64,000 nt of DNA from Nitrospirota bacterium (GCA_963710375.1 CAVPZX010000008.1:160001-224000), one strand, 5' to 3'. Shown: positions 1 through 10,396, counted from the first letter of the stretch. The notes: generated by a model not told the origin, from the sequence alone. Made by a program: numbers and translations.

Positions 1-1907
1 GCCGACAAATCGCTCGTATACTGTATGGCCTGCTGGGCACGCCCGTCGTCACCGTTTTGAAGCGATACTTGTTCGAAGTTCAGAGCCCGCAGAATATATT
101 TATCATTGAGATAGTTGTTATTGAAGCTATAGTAATTAGCCAGCACAGTATTGTCGCTTTGAACAGATCCTCCACCGGCCTGTATACTGGCGTTTGTCGT
201 TGTAGCGGTATTAAATCCCAATAGCTGTGCTGCGGTTGTATTCGCATTGCCCCATTCAAAATTAACACCAACACCTGCTGCATTAGTTTGATCGATTTTG
301 AATTTCTCGGAATTCGTATCATACGATACTGAATAAGTATTTCCGGAACCATCGGCTGTAGCAATTTTGTTCAGGTTAGTCTCGATGTCAGCCGCCAATT
401 GGTTCGCTGTATACGTTCCGGGATCGATGGACATTGTTTGAGCCGCATACCCGGTCTCCTGGACAACAATTTGATTATTTGCAATGTTGTCATTAGAGCC
501 GTTATCAATGACTATGCTATCATTGGCAGATGCCTGGGTAATATAATTGTAATTCGTAATATTGGTGCCCAGCGTCATACTGTTGCTGACGCCCGGAGCA
601 TTGTAAGAGAGCATGTTAAGCCCGGTGCCTGAAGGATCTGTCGTTGATGTAACGCTGATATCGATATTCGCCGAACCTCCGGCAGGTTCAGAAGCAATAA
701 CGAGCCTGAAATCAGGGGCTGCACTTGTTCCAACATTTACAACTTGGGCCTTTACACCCGCGTTAGCACTGTTTATGTCATCACGAACGTCCTGAAGAGT
801 TGAATTAGCTGCGATAGCCACAGGGACTGCTGACTTCCCGTTGCCGGACGTAATACTAACAGTACCTCCGTTTGTAGTAAATATGCTGTTAGATGAATTA
901 AATGCCCCGATAGTATTATCACTTTCAATAGTTGCGTGCGCACCGATTGACTGGACACCTGGAGAACTGAAGCCAAGGGCTTCCTCTGTATTCAGCGTTG
1001 TTCCTCCCCAGTTTACAGGTACGATGGCGCCAGTGTTATTAGTGATCTCAATTTTATTAATACTGGAATCATATGAAAAGGTCACCCCTGTTGCAGTAGC
1101 CGGAGCTGCCGCATTAAGTTGGGCGACAAACGAACTTGCGGAGGTATAAGCAACGGCAGCAGAGCCGACGTTAAGGGCGTAGGATGCAGTGCCTATACTG
1201 ATCGAATCTCCAGGATCAATAGTATATATTGGACTGGTCGGAACAGTTGTCTCCAGCGCTGATACAGGGTCGGCATCAAAGATGGTATTCGCCCCGTTGT
1301 TTTTCCAGTTATAAGTCGGTAAAATGGCAGTTGTGGAATCCGCATTGCCATTGACACGCGCAAAGCTGAACAGGCTGCCGGCCGGAACGTTGGCGGTAAC
1401 ATTGACTCCGATACCTATATTGAGATTGACTGAACTGTTGTCCGAAATAAGCTCGCCCGTCTTTGGGTCAATAGGATTCACATTAGAGTTGTCCCCTGCA
1501 AATATGTACTGGCCGTTTACATTTGTATTGGCAATACTGGTCGCTGTGTTGGTCAGTTGTTGTAGTTCATCTGATATAGCTTGCATTGATTGGACGTCAG
1601 TAGTGCCGCTCCCTGCGCTTATCGCAAGTTCGTTGGCCCTTTGCAGCGTATTGTTCAGGGTTGAGAGGGAGGTGTCAAGGGACTCGAGAGGAGCTTTAGC
1701 AACAGTAATAGCGTTTTGATATTCTGTGATATCAGACAATTGGGTCTTGTAACCGACAATCTGAACAAGAGCGGCAGGATCGTCCGAGGGTTGATTGACC
1801 TTGTAACCGCTTGAAATCTGTTCCGTATCAGTGAGCTCAGACTGAAGGTTTTGCTCTACCCCTGTCATAAACTGGTTCTCAAACATTTGGTTAGTTATTA
1901 TTTCCAT
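1..1907 (-). CDS. flgL: Flagellar hook-associated protein 3 (FlgL), large, 3' end runs off the window
   Basis: Not in the ORF track; translated by hand from ATG 1907: MEIITNQMFENQF...EQISSGYKVNQPSDDPAA...SIANTNVNGQYIFAG, the FlgL/flagellin N-terminal signature. GGGGGA RBS upstream; follows flgK. Confidence 0.92.
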   Translation of the reverse strand, partial: MEIITNQMFENQFMTGVEQNLQSELTDTEQISSGYKVNQPSDDPAALVQIVGYKTQLSDITEYQNAITVAKAPLESLDTSLSTLNNTLQRANELAISAGSGTTDVQSMQAISDELQQLTNTATSIANTNVNGQYIFAGDNSNVNPIDPKTGELISDNSSVNLNIGIGVNVTANVPAGSLFSFARVNGNADSTTAILPTYNWKNNGANTIFDADPVSALETTVPTSPIYTIDPGDSISIGTASYALNVGSAAVAYTSASSFVAQLNAAAPATATGVTFSYDSSINKIEITNNTGAIVPVNWGGTTLNTEEALGFSSPGVQSIGAHATIESDNTIGAFNSSNSIFTTNGGTVSITSGNGKSAVPVAIAANSTLQDVRDDINSANAGVKAQVVNVGTSAAPDFRLVIASEPAGGSANIDISVTSTTDPSGTGLNMLSYNAPGVSNSMTLGTNITNYNYITQASANDSIVIDNGSNDNIANNQIVVQETGYAAQTMSIDPGTYTANQLAADIETNLNKIATADGSGNTYSVSYDTNSEKFKIDQTNAAGVGVNFEWGNANTTAAQLLGFNTATTTNASIQAGGGSVQSDNTVLANYYSFNNNYLNDKYILRALNFEQVSLQNGDDGRAQQAIQYTSDLS

Positions 1908-1953
1908 AAACGTCCCCCTATTCGACCGACTTCAATGTGCCGCCTGACTGTTG

Positions 1954-4833
1954 TTATGCATTTGGGTTCACCATCTGTAAAAGCGTTGTCAGCATCTGGT
2001 TAGCAGTGGTTATCAACTGTGCCGCAGCCTCATATGACTTCTGATAAACTATCAGATTGCTGGCCTCTGCATCCATGCTCACACCAGAGACTTGTTGCTG
2101 CTGTTGGCTAAGTTCACTCATAAGGCTAGAGTGATATTGCAGATTTGTGTTTGCGGACGATGCATCTACACCGATGTTCGAAACCATGCTCATATACATA
2201 TCAGTCGGCGTTGAGCCTGCAAACCTGGTTCCGTTAGACTGGTTGAAAATAGTCTGCGCATTAGAATTATCTCCCGGCAGCCCCAGTGTAGCGTTCGTCT
2301 CGACAGATGCAGGGTTATCGCTCACAGCGGAACTTCCCACTGCGGCAGAGGAAACGCTCCCGTTGACAGCGCCGACTTTTGCCGGAATAGTCAAGGAGCC
2401 GCCCGAAACGAAACCGAACTGCTGAGGTTGGGCGGTGCTGGTACCCCAGTTAATTGTCGCGGCAGCACCGCCGGAATTCGAAATAGTGAAATTATTGGTG
2501 GCTGCGTTATAAGCAACAGATAAAGTGGTGAGCGGCTCCGCGGTAGTCAGGGCAGTATTAATCGCTGCAGCAAGAGCTGCTCCTGTATACGGCGATCCAG
2601 CGGTTGAAATTGTTGCAGTCTGGTTGCCTCCCCCATCGTTGAAAACTATTGTATTATTTTGATTAGGGCCGGCTCCGTTAATTGCAAAAGAATTGAGTGA
2701 AGCGTCTTTGCTGAAGCCGAATACCTGATTTGCCGTCGATGCAGAGTTCGACGACCACAGCAAATTTATAGAGTCACTGCCGCTCGGCATCGTGATATTA
2801 AACTGTTTTGTATTCGGGTTAAAAGCAACTTGAAGCGTATCCGATAACGCACTCCCGGTACTATTCTGATACGCCGTTTGAATTGCCGCTGTTAAAGCAG
2901 CGGAAATGTCATCCGATTGTCCGGGATCATTTGTATATGTTCCCGACGGGATCACTGCCGTTATGTCGGGCCCGCCATTCACATTAAATACCACGCTGTT
3001 ATTACTGCTGTTTATGTTCCACGTATCGCTTGATGCAGCTACCTGATTGGGGTCGGCAATAGTTGTCGCAATGTCTTCGGCTGCTTTGGAGTCAAGTTGT
3101 ACGCCAAATGTCTCGCCGTTGGGATTAGTTGTGCTGTTGATCCCTGTGCCGTCTATCTGAACCTGGATACCCTGGAACTCAAGTGTTCTCGATAACCCGG
3201 AAGCATCAGAGGTCAGATTAACATCAGATTGGTTAATAGTAGATGGGTCCGAAGGATTATACGATGTATTCGGAGGAACCGTTGTCCATGTGCCGCCGCC
3301 GTCCGTCGATTCCATAACGCGCCAGTATATACCGGTAGTGCCGTCTTCCTGATAGCCGGCGCCACCGCTATAATTATAATCTATCTTATATTGGGCATTT
3401 GCGACCGTCTGAGCCGGATCAGTAACGCTCACCGATGACATCACAGTGCCGGCAGCTCCGGGAGTGCCGCTGGCAAGCATAGGACTGGTCGCAAGCAAAT
3501 TGAGGCCTGAGCCTGCGGCATCATTCGTCGATACAACCCCTATCTTCACATTCCCCAGGTTCCCAACCGGGTTTGATTGAATGCTGATCCTGTAATCAGG
3601 GCTAGCTGTAGTACCGAGGTTAACAACCGATGCAGTCACTTTGGAACCTGCCTGCTCATTAATGTCCGTAACAGTTTGCTGAAGTGTTGATCCGGCGGCA
3701 ACGTTGACTGTTGCAGGTGACGCATCGTTGTCACCGAGTTTTATCGACAACGTACCTCCATTAGTAGAAAATGTCTCATTCGGCGAAGTAAATAAGCCTG
3801 CAACTGAATCAACAGAAGTATACTTTGCCTGAAATGAAAGAGGCTGGAAGAAATTGGTTCCAGTGGAGCCATCAAGCCCGTATCCCTGTGTTTGATAGTA
3901 ATTGGTGGTATCGGCCAAATTCACTGCAAAGGCATTCAACTGATTTATATAGCCCGGGATCTGGGTATCTCTCAAGTCAATATTAGCCTTGATCTCACCG
4001 CCTGTGATCAAAGATGTAATGTCAGGCTCACCTGGACTGCCCTCTGCAGAATTGGGCACAACGCTGACATAGAAACGCATATTGTTGGAAGAATCAGTGG
4101 CAACGCTCATTTTGTACGATTCGTTACCCTCAACAAGAGGGGCGCCTCCCACCATTACCGAATACATTCCAGAGGCGGGGTCCTGATAGGTTGAGACTTT
4201 TACAATCCCATTCAACTTGTTCACCAGGGCGTCCCGCTGGTCCTGAAGGTCCAGTGAGCCTGGGTTCCCTGCTAGCTCTCCGTTTAAAGTCGCGATCTGT
4301 GAGCTATATGTATTAACCTGAGTTACAAGCGTCTGACTGCTTGCCAGCAATTGGTTGCTCACGCTGTTAAGAGAACCCGCGGCCGTATTCAGGCTGTTAC
4401 TCAGACTCGTAGCATCCGCAATAAGCGTTGTCCGTTGCGCATCGTCTTGCGGATTTTGCGCAATATTCTGCCAATCATCAAAAAAAGTTGTTATGGCAGG
4501 GCTGATGCCGGAGCTGGACGCCTCATTAAAAACATCCTGGACCTGAGTAATAGCTGTATTATAATTAGTCCAGTAGGAAACATTTGAATTTTCAGCATTG
4601 ACCTGGGCATTGACAAATGAATTATAAGACCTGGTTATGTCACTGACCTGCACTCCATTTCCCGTAGAACCTTTCGCGCTTATAATTCCGCTCGGCACGG
4701 TCAACACATTTGCCTGCTCCACAGTATAATCAGGGGTCTGCGAATTGGCAACATTATTTCCAGTGACTTGCAGCTGCTGGTCCGCAGTTTCAAGCCCGGA
4801 CAGTCCAATATTCATCAAAGCTAAAATAGACAC
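1954..4833 (-). CDS. flgK: Flagellar hook-associated protein 1 (FlgK), 959 aa with large insertions
   Basis: N-terminal GLSGL...GNNVAN and C-terminal SGVSMDAEASNLIVYQKSYEAAAQLI motifs; lies between flgN and flgL. Confidence 0.95.
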   Translation of the reverse strand: MSILALMNIGLSGLETADQQLQVTGNNVANSQTPDYTVEQANVLTVPSGIISAKGSTGNGVQVSDITRSYNSFVNAQVNAENSNVSYWTNYNTAITQVQDVFNEASSSGISPAITTFFDDWQNIAQNPQDDAQRTTLIADATSLSNSLNTAAGSLNSVSNQLLASSQTLVTQVNTYSSQIATLNGELAGNPGSLDLQDQRDALVNKLNGIVKVSTYQDPASGMYSVMVGGAPLVEGNESYKMSVATDSSNNMRFYVSVVPNSAEGSPGEPDITSLITGGEIKANIDLRDTQIPGYINQLNAFAVNLADTTNYYQTQGYGLDGSTGTNFFQPLSFQAKYTSVDSVAGLFTSPNETFSTNGGTLSIKLGDNDASPATVNVAAGSTLQQTVTDINEQAGSKVTASVVNLGTTASPDYRISIQSNPVGNLGNVKIGVVSTNDAAGSGLNLLATSPMLASGTPGAAGTVMSSVSVTDPAQTVANAQYKIDYNYSGGAGYQEDGTTGIYWRVMESTDGGGTWTTVPPNTSYNPSDPSTINQSDVNLTSDASGLSRTLEFQGIQVQIDGTGINSTTNPNGETFGVQLDSKAAEDIATTIADPNQVAASSDTWNINSSNNSVVFNVNGGPDITAVIPSGTYTNDPGQSDDISAALTAAIQTAYQNSTGSALSDTLQVAFNPNTKQFNITMPSGSDSINLLWSSNSASTANQVFGFSKDASLNSFAINGAGPNQNNTIVFNDGGGNQTATISTAGSPYTGAALAAAINTALTTAEPLTTLSVAYNAATNNFTISNSGGAAATINWGTSTAQPQQFGFVSGGSLTIPAKVGAVNGSVSSAAVGSSAVSDNPASVETNATLGLPGDNSNAQTIFNQSNGTRFAGSTPTDMYMSMVSNIGVDASSANTNLQYHSSLMSELSQQQQQVSGVSMDAEASNLIVYQKSYEAAAQLITTANQMLTTLLQMVNPNA

Positions 4834-5271
4834 TTAAGCCTCCACAGATACTTTTTGCCGCGCGGTTACGCCGAAGCTGTTAAGAAATTTATATGAAGCT
4901 TTAACATAGTAAAGAGATTTTTCAATTAATTTTCCATTAAATTTATTTAGTTCAGTAATGCTGTGTATAACCGAAGTAAATTTTGATGCTATAGCCGTGA
5001 GCTTATCTCTGTATTCATCAGCCGCAGCTGCCGCAACCTGGGATATTGTCTTGTTCTTAAATCCAAGCCGGTCAAGTATTCTTTCACGAGCTTCATCACA
5101 CATTCTGATATTAGTTGAGATGGCTTCCTTTTCAGCAAGCAATTGCTCCAATGCGTTAGGGTTAAGACTGATGATAACATCTTTCTCCTTTTGTAACAGG
5201 TCTACAAGCTGGGTGCAAAAGAAAAACTCTTTTTCCAGAACATCAATAAGCTCTTCATATAACAGAATCAA
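4834..5271 (-). CDS. flgN: Flagellar export chaperone FlgN
   Basis: 145 aa helical protein ending ELNKFNGKLIEKSL; located between flgM and flgK. Confidence 0.85.
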   Translation of the reverse strand: MILLYEELIDVLEKEFFFCTQLVDLLQKEKDVIISLNPNALEQLLAEKEAISTNIRMCDEARERILDRLGFKNKTISQVAAAAADEYRDKLTAIASKFTSVIHSITELNKFNGKLIEKSLYYVKASYKFLNSFGVTARQKVSVEA

Positions 5272-5551
5272 TTAAAGCCTCCTTCAGCACCTTGCCGGCC
5301 ACAGCTTCTCCTTTGACATTGTAGGTGCCGTTATTAATAGCATTTTTTACTTCATTAACAACATCCGGCCTTATGTCAGGGAGTTTGCTCACTTCTGCCT
5401 GGAGTCTCCCTATTTCCTTTGCCTGGTCAGAAACCAAAACCTTATCCTGAGGAGCAACCCCGCCAGCCTGCTCGCCGGTGCCCTGTCCCTTCGTCCTGTC
5501 AGGTGGCTGAATACCTGAACCGCTAATGTCAACCTTGTCTGTGATAATCAT
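5255..5551 (-). CDS. flgM: Anti-sigma28 factor FlgM
   Basis: DKVLVS...PDIRPDVVNEVKNAINNGTYNVKGEAVA matches the FlgM C-terminal motif. Confidence 0.9.
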   Translation of the reverse strand: MIITDKVDISGSGIQPPDRTKGQGTGEQAGGVAPQDKVLVSDQAKEIGRLQAEVSKLPDIRPDVVNEVKNAINNGTYNVKGEAVAGKVLKEALIDSVI

Positions 5552-5600
5552 TTTCTCTTTACCCCCTCATTTGGTATGTATACATAAGTATACATATACT

Positions 5601-5627
5601 ATATCGGGGAATTGTATAAAATATTAA
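5601..5627 (-). promoter_or_regulatory. Putative sigma28 promoter of flgM-flgN-flgK-flgL
   Basis: Minus strand TTAA-N15-CCCGATAT versus consensus TAAA-N15-GCCGATAA, about 50 nt upstream of flgM. Confidence 0.6.
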
Positions 5628-5983
5628 CCAGCCGTGCCTGGCCTCAATATCACCTTGTTTTTATGAGCTGAATCTCCTTTTTCAGTGTTAATTGTTTTAA
5701 AAGTGCTTTCATTTTTAAGGAAAAAATCTGCCAAACCGATCCCTCTTACAGCCAACGACTTCGAGATTTCCGAAGTTATGACAGGTAAGAAAGTGGAAAC
5801 TGTTCTGTCTTGTCCGAAAGACGTATTTTCCATCATTACCCTTAACAATTCATTCAGGAATTCTGTTTCAACCTGTTTTGCGGCAGTTTTTGCATCATCC
5901 TTCTCACTGCCATGCACATTCTGTGCCCGGGTCTTCCCGAATGCCATTTGCGCTGAGTAAATGTGATGTCCTATCCCGTTCAT
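5624..5983 (-). CDS. flgJ: FlgJ-like rod-binding protein (no muramidase domain)
   Basis: AAKQVETEFLNELLRVM...GIGLAD resembles the Rod-binding domain; follows flgI. Confidence 0.7.
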   Translation of the reverse strand: MNGIGHHIYSAQMAFGKTRAQNVHGSEKDDAKTAAKQVETEFLNELLRVMMENTSFGQDRTVSTFLPVITSEISKSLAVRGIGLADFFLKNESTFKTINTEKGDSAHKNKVILRPGTAG

Positions 5984-6020
5984 GATTTCAATTTCCTTAA
6001 AATTATACGGCTTTGTATAT

Positions 6021-6143
6021 ACGGCTTTGTAAAAAGTCCATAGGCAAGGCGCACAAATACCGAGGAATAAGGCGTACTTTCATGTACGCCGCAGTGAGGA
6101 GGTGTGCAGTGCAACGCAGCATATGGATTTTTTACGAAGCCGT
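6021..6143. mobile_element. MITE-like element, 123 bp, 22-bp imperfect terminal inverted repeats
   Basis: ACGGCTTTGTAAAAAGTCCATA ... TATGGATTTTTTACGAAGCCGT; internal GGCGTAC-tttcat-GTACGCC hairpin; 14-bp tandem duplication TATACGGCTTTGTA at 6004-6031. Confidence 0.7.
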
Positions 6144-6146
6144 CGT

Positions 6147-7250
6147 TCACATTATCACCAGTTCTGCGTTTAGACTTCCCTCAGCCTTGATCGCCTGCAT
6201 TATTGCCACAAGATCTTTCGGAGTAACACCCAGGGTATTCAGGGCCCTTACGAGTTCTCCTATAGTAGAGCCTTTTACCTGAGCTAACGATACCCTTTGC
6301 CCCCCGGCTGTCGGCGCAGCAGCCGCCCCGGCCCCTACAGGTGCCGGAGGAGGAGGCTGATTAATCATTATGGTCAGCGCGCCCTGCGCGAGAGCAACAG
6401 GACTGATAGTCACGTTTTCACCCATAACGACAGTGCCGGTCCGTTCATTGATGATTACCCGGGCAGGCGTGTCGACAGAAACATTAATCATTTCAACGGT
6501 TGCGATCAGATTCACCACTTTATCAGCAAAGCTATCGGGTACAATCAGCGACACCGCCGAAGGTCCATCAGCTTTTGCAAAAAGGCCGCCGAGCCGTTCA
6601 TTAATTTTGCTAGCGACTCTTATGGACGTTGTGAAATCCGGCATGTTAAGCAAAATTTCGAGACTGTTCTTCTTGTTTAGCTGCACAGGGACTTCTCTTT
6701 CAACTATGGCTCCGTTCGGCACTGTTCCTGTATTAGGAGTGTTCTTTATCGCCGTTGTGATGCCGCCCGCGGCGAACCCCCCGATAGATACAGGCCCCTG
6801 CGCTATCGCATAAACATTATCGTCAAGTCCCTTAAGGGGTGTCGTAAAAAGCGTGCCACCCAGCAAACTCTTGCAGTCGCCGATGGAAGAAACCTCAACA
6901 TCGATCTTGGCGCCGGGTTTAAGCATGGTTGGAAGTTTGGCCGTAACAATGACCGCCGCGATGTTTTTAGTTTTTCCTTTTACATCACCAGGGAGTATAT
7001 TAATGCCCATACGTTTAAGCATATTGGCAACGGGCTGGAAATAATATGTCCCGTCCGAATCTCCTGTTCCTTTAAGTCCGGCGACAAGCCCATACCCGAT
7101 AAGTTCATTTTCCCTGGCCCCTGAAAATGTTGCTATATCCTTTATCCTCTCAGCATGGACAACAGCAGGCAGTAAGCAGTACGCAGCAAGCACTAAAAAA
7201 TAAGAAAAAAGAACTTGCCTTATTAAGATTGTACCAGGACCGCACTTCAT
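6147..7250 (-). CDS. flgI: Flagellar P-ring protein FlgI
   Basis: ERIKDIA...RENELIGYGLVAGLKGTGD, VIINERTGTVV and C-terminal GSLNAEL motifs. Confidence 0.97.
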   Translation of the reverse strand: MKCGPGTILIRQVLFSYFLVLAAYCLLPAVVHAERIKDIATFSGARENELIGYGLVAGLKGTGDSDGTYYFQPVANMLKRMGINILPGDVKGKTKNIAAVIVTAKLPTMLKPGAKIDVEVSSIGDCKSLLGGTLFTTPLKGLDDNVYAIAQGPVSIGGFAAGGITTAIKNTPNTGTVPNGAIVEREVPVQLNKKNSLEILLNMPDFTTSIRVASKINERLGGLFAKADGPSAVSLIVPDSFADKVVNLIATVEMINVSVDTPARVIINERTGTVVMGENVTISPVALAQGALTIMINQPPPPAPVGAGAAAAPTAGGQRVSLAQVKGSTIGELVRALNTLGVTPKDLVAIMQAIKAEGSLNAELVIM

Positions 7251-7299
7251 TGTTTATCCTCCATGCTGCCTATTGTTTAGTTCTTACTGCTTACTATTG

Positions 7300-8052
7300 T
7301 CAGAACGGCCATATTTGGTCCAAAGCTTTCACCAGCCAGCCCTGCGATTGCTTATCAGCAAGCACACCGTCGCCAACAAGATATATCTTGGCATCGGCCA
7401 CCTGCGCAGAAGAGATGGTATTGGTCGGCGATATATCTTCCGGCCTGATGATACCCCTTATAACAATAATCTCTTTATCGTTATTTATTATTCTCTCCTT
7501 GCGAGACTCAAGCACCAGGTTCCCATTGGGGAGCACTTCGACCACCTTCGCCGAAATCGTATCGGTAAAAGTTGTTGTGCTTGCCGTATCTCCCTCACCT
7601 GCAAAACCAGAATTTGAGTTTGCCTGAATACCGGACTGGAAGTTCCCTAATCGTTTTGTGAGCTGAGAAATGCCCAGCACGTTAGGGATACTGTTATTAA
7701 GGCTCGAGGTGCTGGTATCGTTAGTCGTCGCCTTTTTGGATGCATTTGTTGTTTCAGTAATAAGAATGGTCACAATATCATTGAGCCTTCTTGCGCGCAA
7801 ATCCTCATAGAGCGATGCCCTGTCGGTCCATAGGGAACCTTCACCTGCATATGATTCCTTTTGTTTTGCCTCCACATATTTGGGAGGCATCGGAGCAGTC
7901 TTAATATCACGAGCTTCCTTTAATCCTGAACAGCCAAAAAAAGCAAAGAGCAAGGGGCATAGAGCAAAGAGTAGAAGCCTTAACCCAATACTCTTTGCGC
8001 CTTTTACACCCTTTGCGCTTTGCTCTATGCGTCTTTGTTCTTTGCTTCTCAT
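7300..8052 (-). CDS. flgH: Flagellar L-ring lipoprotein FlgH
   Basis: Lipobox FFGC; GSLW...DLRARRLNDIVTI; VVEVLPNGNL; RGIIRPEDI; ends WPF. Confidence 0.96.
   Translation of the reverse strand: MRSKEQRRIEQSAKGVKGAKSIGLRLLLFALCPLLFAFFGCSGLKEARDIKTAPMPPKYVEAKQKESYAGEGSLWTDRASLYEDLRARRLNDIVTILITETTNASKKATTNDTSTSSLNNSIPNVLGISQLTKRLGNFQSGIQANSNSGFAGEGDTASTTTFTDTISAKVVEVLPNGNLVLESRKERIINNDKEIIVIRGIIRPEDISPTNTISSAQVADAKIYLVGDGVLADKQSQGWLVKALDQIWPF
7943..8050. repeat. Inverted heptamer array (GCAAAGA/GCATAGA-type) inside the flgH signal-peptide region
   Basis: GCAAAGAGCAAGGGGCATAGAGCAAAGAG...CTTTGCGCTTTGCTCTATGC...CTTTGC. Confidence 0.8.
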
Positions 8053-8802
8053 ATCTTCACCTTCACTGTATCCGCAGAAACAAGTATTCCGCTAATATCC
8101 TTCTTTTGAGCAGTACACGCGACCTGAGCAACGCCGCCTATTACGGCATCATTACGGAGCACTCCTTTAGTAGAGATCAGCACATTTTCTCCTTCAACTA
8201 GCACGGTAACCTCTTTGCCTCTCTTAATACTCAATGTGTTGCTGAAATAATCAGCCTCTCATTATCACTCCCTGGGCAATATTTGACTTGAGGCTCTTTC
8301 CTTCGATCCCGGTCATATCTGTTACAGCCCCCATCGGCAGGCGTGAGCTCTTCTGCTTAACTGTGTAGACGTCATCTCTGGTAATTATTGAGCCGCTTAC
8401 GAGTGGTTTTGCCGTAACAAAAACGTCGGCAAGGACGTCATATGCCGCCTCCACTAAAACCGTACGGACTACTTTCTTGTCGTCACATAGGGCCGCGCGA
8501 AAGATGATTTTATTGCGTCCGTTATATCCATCCGCTGCAATACTGCCAACGGTATAGGTTGCTTTATCATCCAGAGCTTCAAAACCCCTTACAATTCTTA
8601 TTCCAGAGAGCTCAACGTTTTGAGAGACCGATCGGACAAGTTCGGAGAGGACAGCTTTCTTTATTGTGTCCATAAGATGCTCCCTGTCAAAAGCAACAGC
8701 AACACAAGGCGCAAAGAGCAAAGAGCATAGAGCAAAGAGTAACAACCCTAACCCTATGCCCTTTGCCCTTTGCTCTATGCAGGTGTGTTCTTTGCTCTTC
8801 AT
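8049..8802 (-). CDS. flgA: Flagellar basal-body P-ring formation chaperone FlgA (one +1 frameshift near 8255)
   Basis: ORFs 8251-8802 and 8049-8234 join into a SAF-domain FlgA (...GVIMRADYFSNTLSIKRGKEVTV...) if one base of AGGCTGA is removed; lies between flgG and flgH. Confidence 0.85.
8709..8800. repeat. Inverted heptamer array inside the flgA signal-peptide region
   Basis: GCGCAAAGAGCAAAGAGCATAGAGCAAAGAG...CTTTGCCCTTTGCTCTATGC...CTTTGCTC. Confidence 0.8.
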
Positions 8803-8804
8803 AA

Positions 8805-9593
8805 TTACGCCTTCATCGCTGCTGTGGTCTGCAGCATCTGATCTGATGCCTGGACAGCTTTTGAATTCATGTCAAAGGCCCTCTGGGCCGTAATAAGATT
8901 TGCAAGCTCTGTAACAATACTCACGTTAGAGTTCTCAAGAAATCCCTGGCTGATGGCGCCAAACCCCAGAGCATCGGGGGCGCCGGTAATTGGGTCGCCC
9001 GAAGCATCGGTGGCAAGAAACAGATTTTTGCCGATAGACTGCAGTCCGGCGGGGTTGATAAAACGCGCCAAGGTTATAGAGCCTACTAGAGATGGCGCTG
9101 TTGTTCCTGCTACCAGTATATTGACGTCGCCGTTAAAAGCAACTGTTATTGTAGTGGCGTCTGTTGGAATAGTTATTGGAGGTTCGAGAGGGTACCCATC
9201 AGGGTTCACGATGTTGCCGTTTTTATCGAGGCTGAAGGTCCCGGCCTTTGTGTATGCAGTAGTCCCGTCAGGCCGTGAAAGCTGGAAAAATCCGTCCCCC
9301 TCTATAACAAGATCAAGCGGATTTCCTGTATTGATGAAATCTCCCTGACTAAAAAGCTTTTGCACTGCCACCGGCTTTACGCCGAGCCCAACCTGTATTC
9401 CGGAGGGCACCTGCATGCCGGTTTCAGAAGGTGCACCGGGAGACCGCAACTGCTGATAGAACAAGTCCTCGAACTCTGCCCTGCCCGTTTTATACCCTAT
9501 TGTGTTGACATTCGCAATATTGTTGGATATGACATCGACCATCAACTGCTGGGCTTGCATCCCCGATGCCGCAGTAAAAAGCGCTCTGATCAT
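8805..9593 (-). CDS. flgG: Distal rod protein FlgG
   Basis: MIRALFTAASGMQAQQ...NNIANVNTIGYK...EFEDLFYQ; LENSNV...AQRAFDMNSK. Confidence 0.97.
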   Translation of the reverse strand: MIRALFTAASGMQAQQLMVDVISNNIANVNTIGYKTGRAEFEDLFYQQLRSPGAPSETGMQVPSGIQVGLGVKPVAVQKLFSQGDFINTGNPLDLVIEGDGFFQLSRPDGTTAYTKAGTFSLDKNGNIVNPDGYPLEPPITIPTDATTITVAFNGDVNILVAGTTAPSLVGSITLARFINPAGLQSIGKNLFLATDASGDPITGAPDALGFGAISQGFLENSNVSIVTELANLITAQRAFDMNSKAVQASDQMLQTTAAMKA

Positions 9594-9629
9594 AAACCCC
9601 CCTCTTCTTTAGAATTCAGCACACGGCGT

Positions 9630-10358
9630 TTAAACTTTTGCAATTTCAGTGACGGTCTTCTCCGCAAGGGTATCAAAATTAGTGATAACTTTCTGTGCCA
9701 CTTCAAACTCTCTTAATGCACTTATTATGCCAACCATTTCATTAATAGGGTTAACATTGGACATCTCTATAGCCCCTTCCACTATCTGGCCGCCTGACAC
9801 GCCGGACTCCGTACCTGAGAACAGGGAATTACCGAGGTGCTGCACAGACGAGGGATCGAGCTTTACCAGTTTAAGCTTGCCGCTGTTGTTTCCATCTGCA
9901 TAGATAGTGCCGTCACTTGTTACCTGTATTGCGCTGCCTTGAATACGTATCGGCTTGTTTGCTGTATCAAGAACCGGGTCCCCGGAACCGTCTACCAATA
10001 AACCGTCTTTACTGCGGATGAAACTGCCGTTTCTGGTGTAATAAATATTATTCCCGGCGCCCTGCACCGCAAAAAAACCGTCTCCCCTGCATGCAAGGTC
10101 AAGCGGGTTTCCTGTAAGCTGCACAGTGCCGTCAGTTGTGTCTATTGAAGGTTTCCCTAAGTACGCCATGGCTTTTGCATTGGGATAAGCGGCATTCTGC
10201 GTATCCGGTACTCCTTCAAGAAGGGGATACAGACGGGAGGAAAATGATGTCCGTTTATAACCTGCGGTGTTGGAATTTGCCATGTTTTGGGTCACATTAT
10301 CCAATTCCTGGCTTCTCAGCATAGCTCCGGTCATTGCAACATAAATGCCTTTATACAT
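9630..10358 (-). CDS. flgF: Proximal rod protein FlgF
   Basis: MYKGIYVAMTGA...NMANSNTAGYK; TGNPLDLA; YTRNGSF; IEMSNVNPI; immediately upstream of flgG. Confidence 0.92.
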   Translation of the reverse strand: MYKGIYVAMTGAMLRSQELDNVTQNMANSNTAGYKRTSFSSRLYPLLEGVPDTQNAAYPNAKAMAYLGKPSIDTTDGTVQLTGNPLDLACRGDGFFAVQGAGNNIYYTRNGSFIRSKDGLLVDGSGDPVLDTANKPIRIQGSAIQVTSDGTIYADGNNSGKLKLVKLDPSSVQHLGNSLFSGTESGVSGGQIVEGAIEMSNVNPINEMVGIISALREFEVAQKVITNFDTLAEKTVTEIAKV

Positions 10359-10396
10359 TATCAGGCTCCTCTATGCATCATTAATAAACAAAGTAT

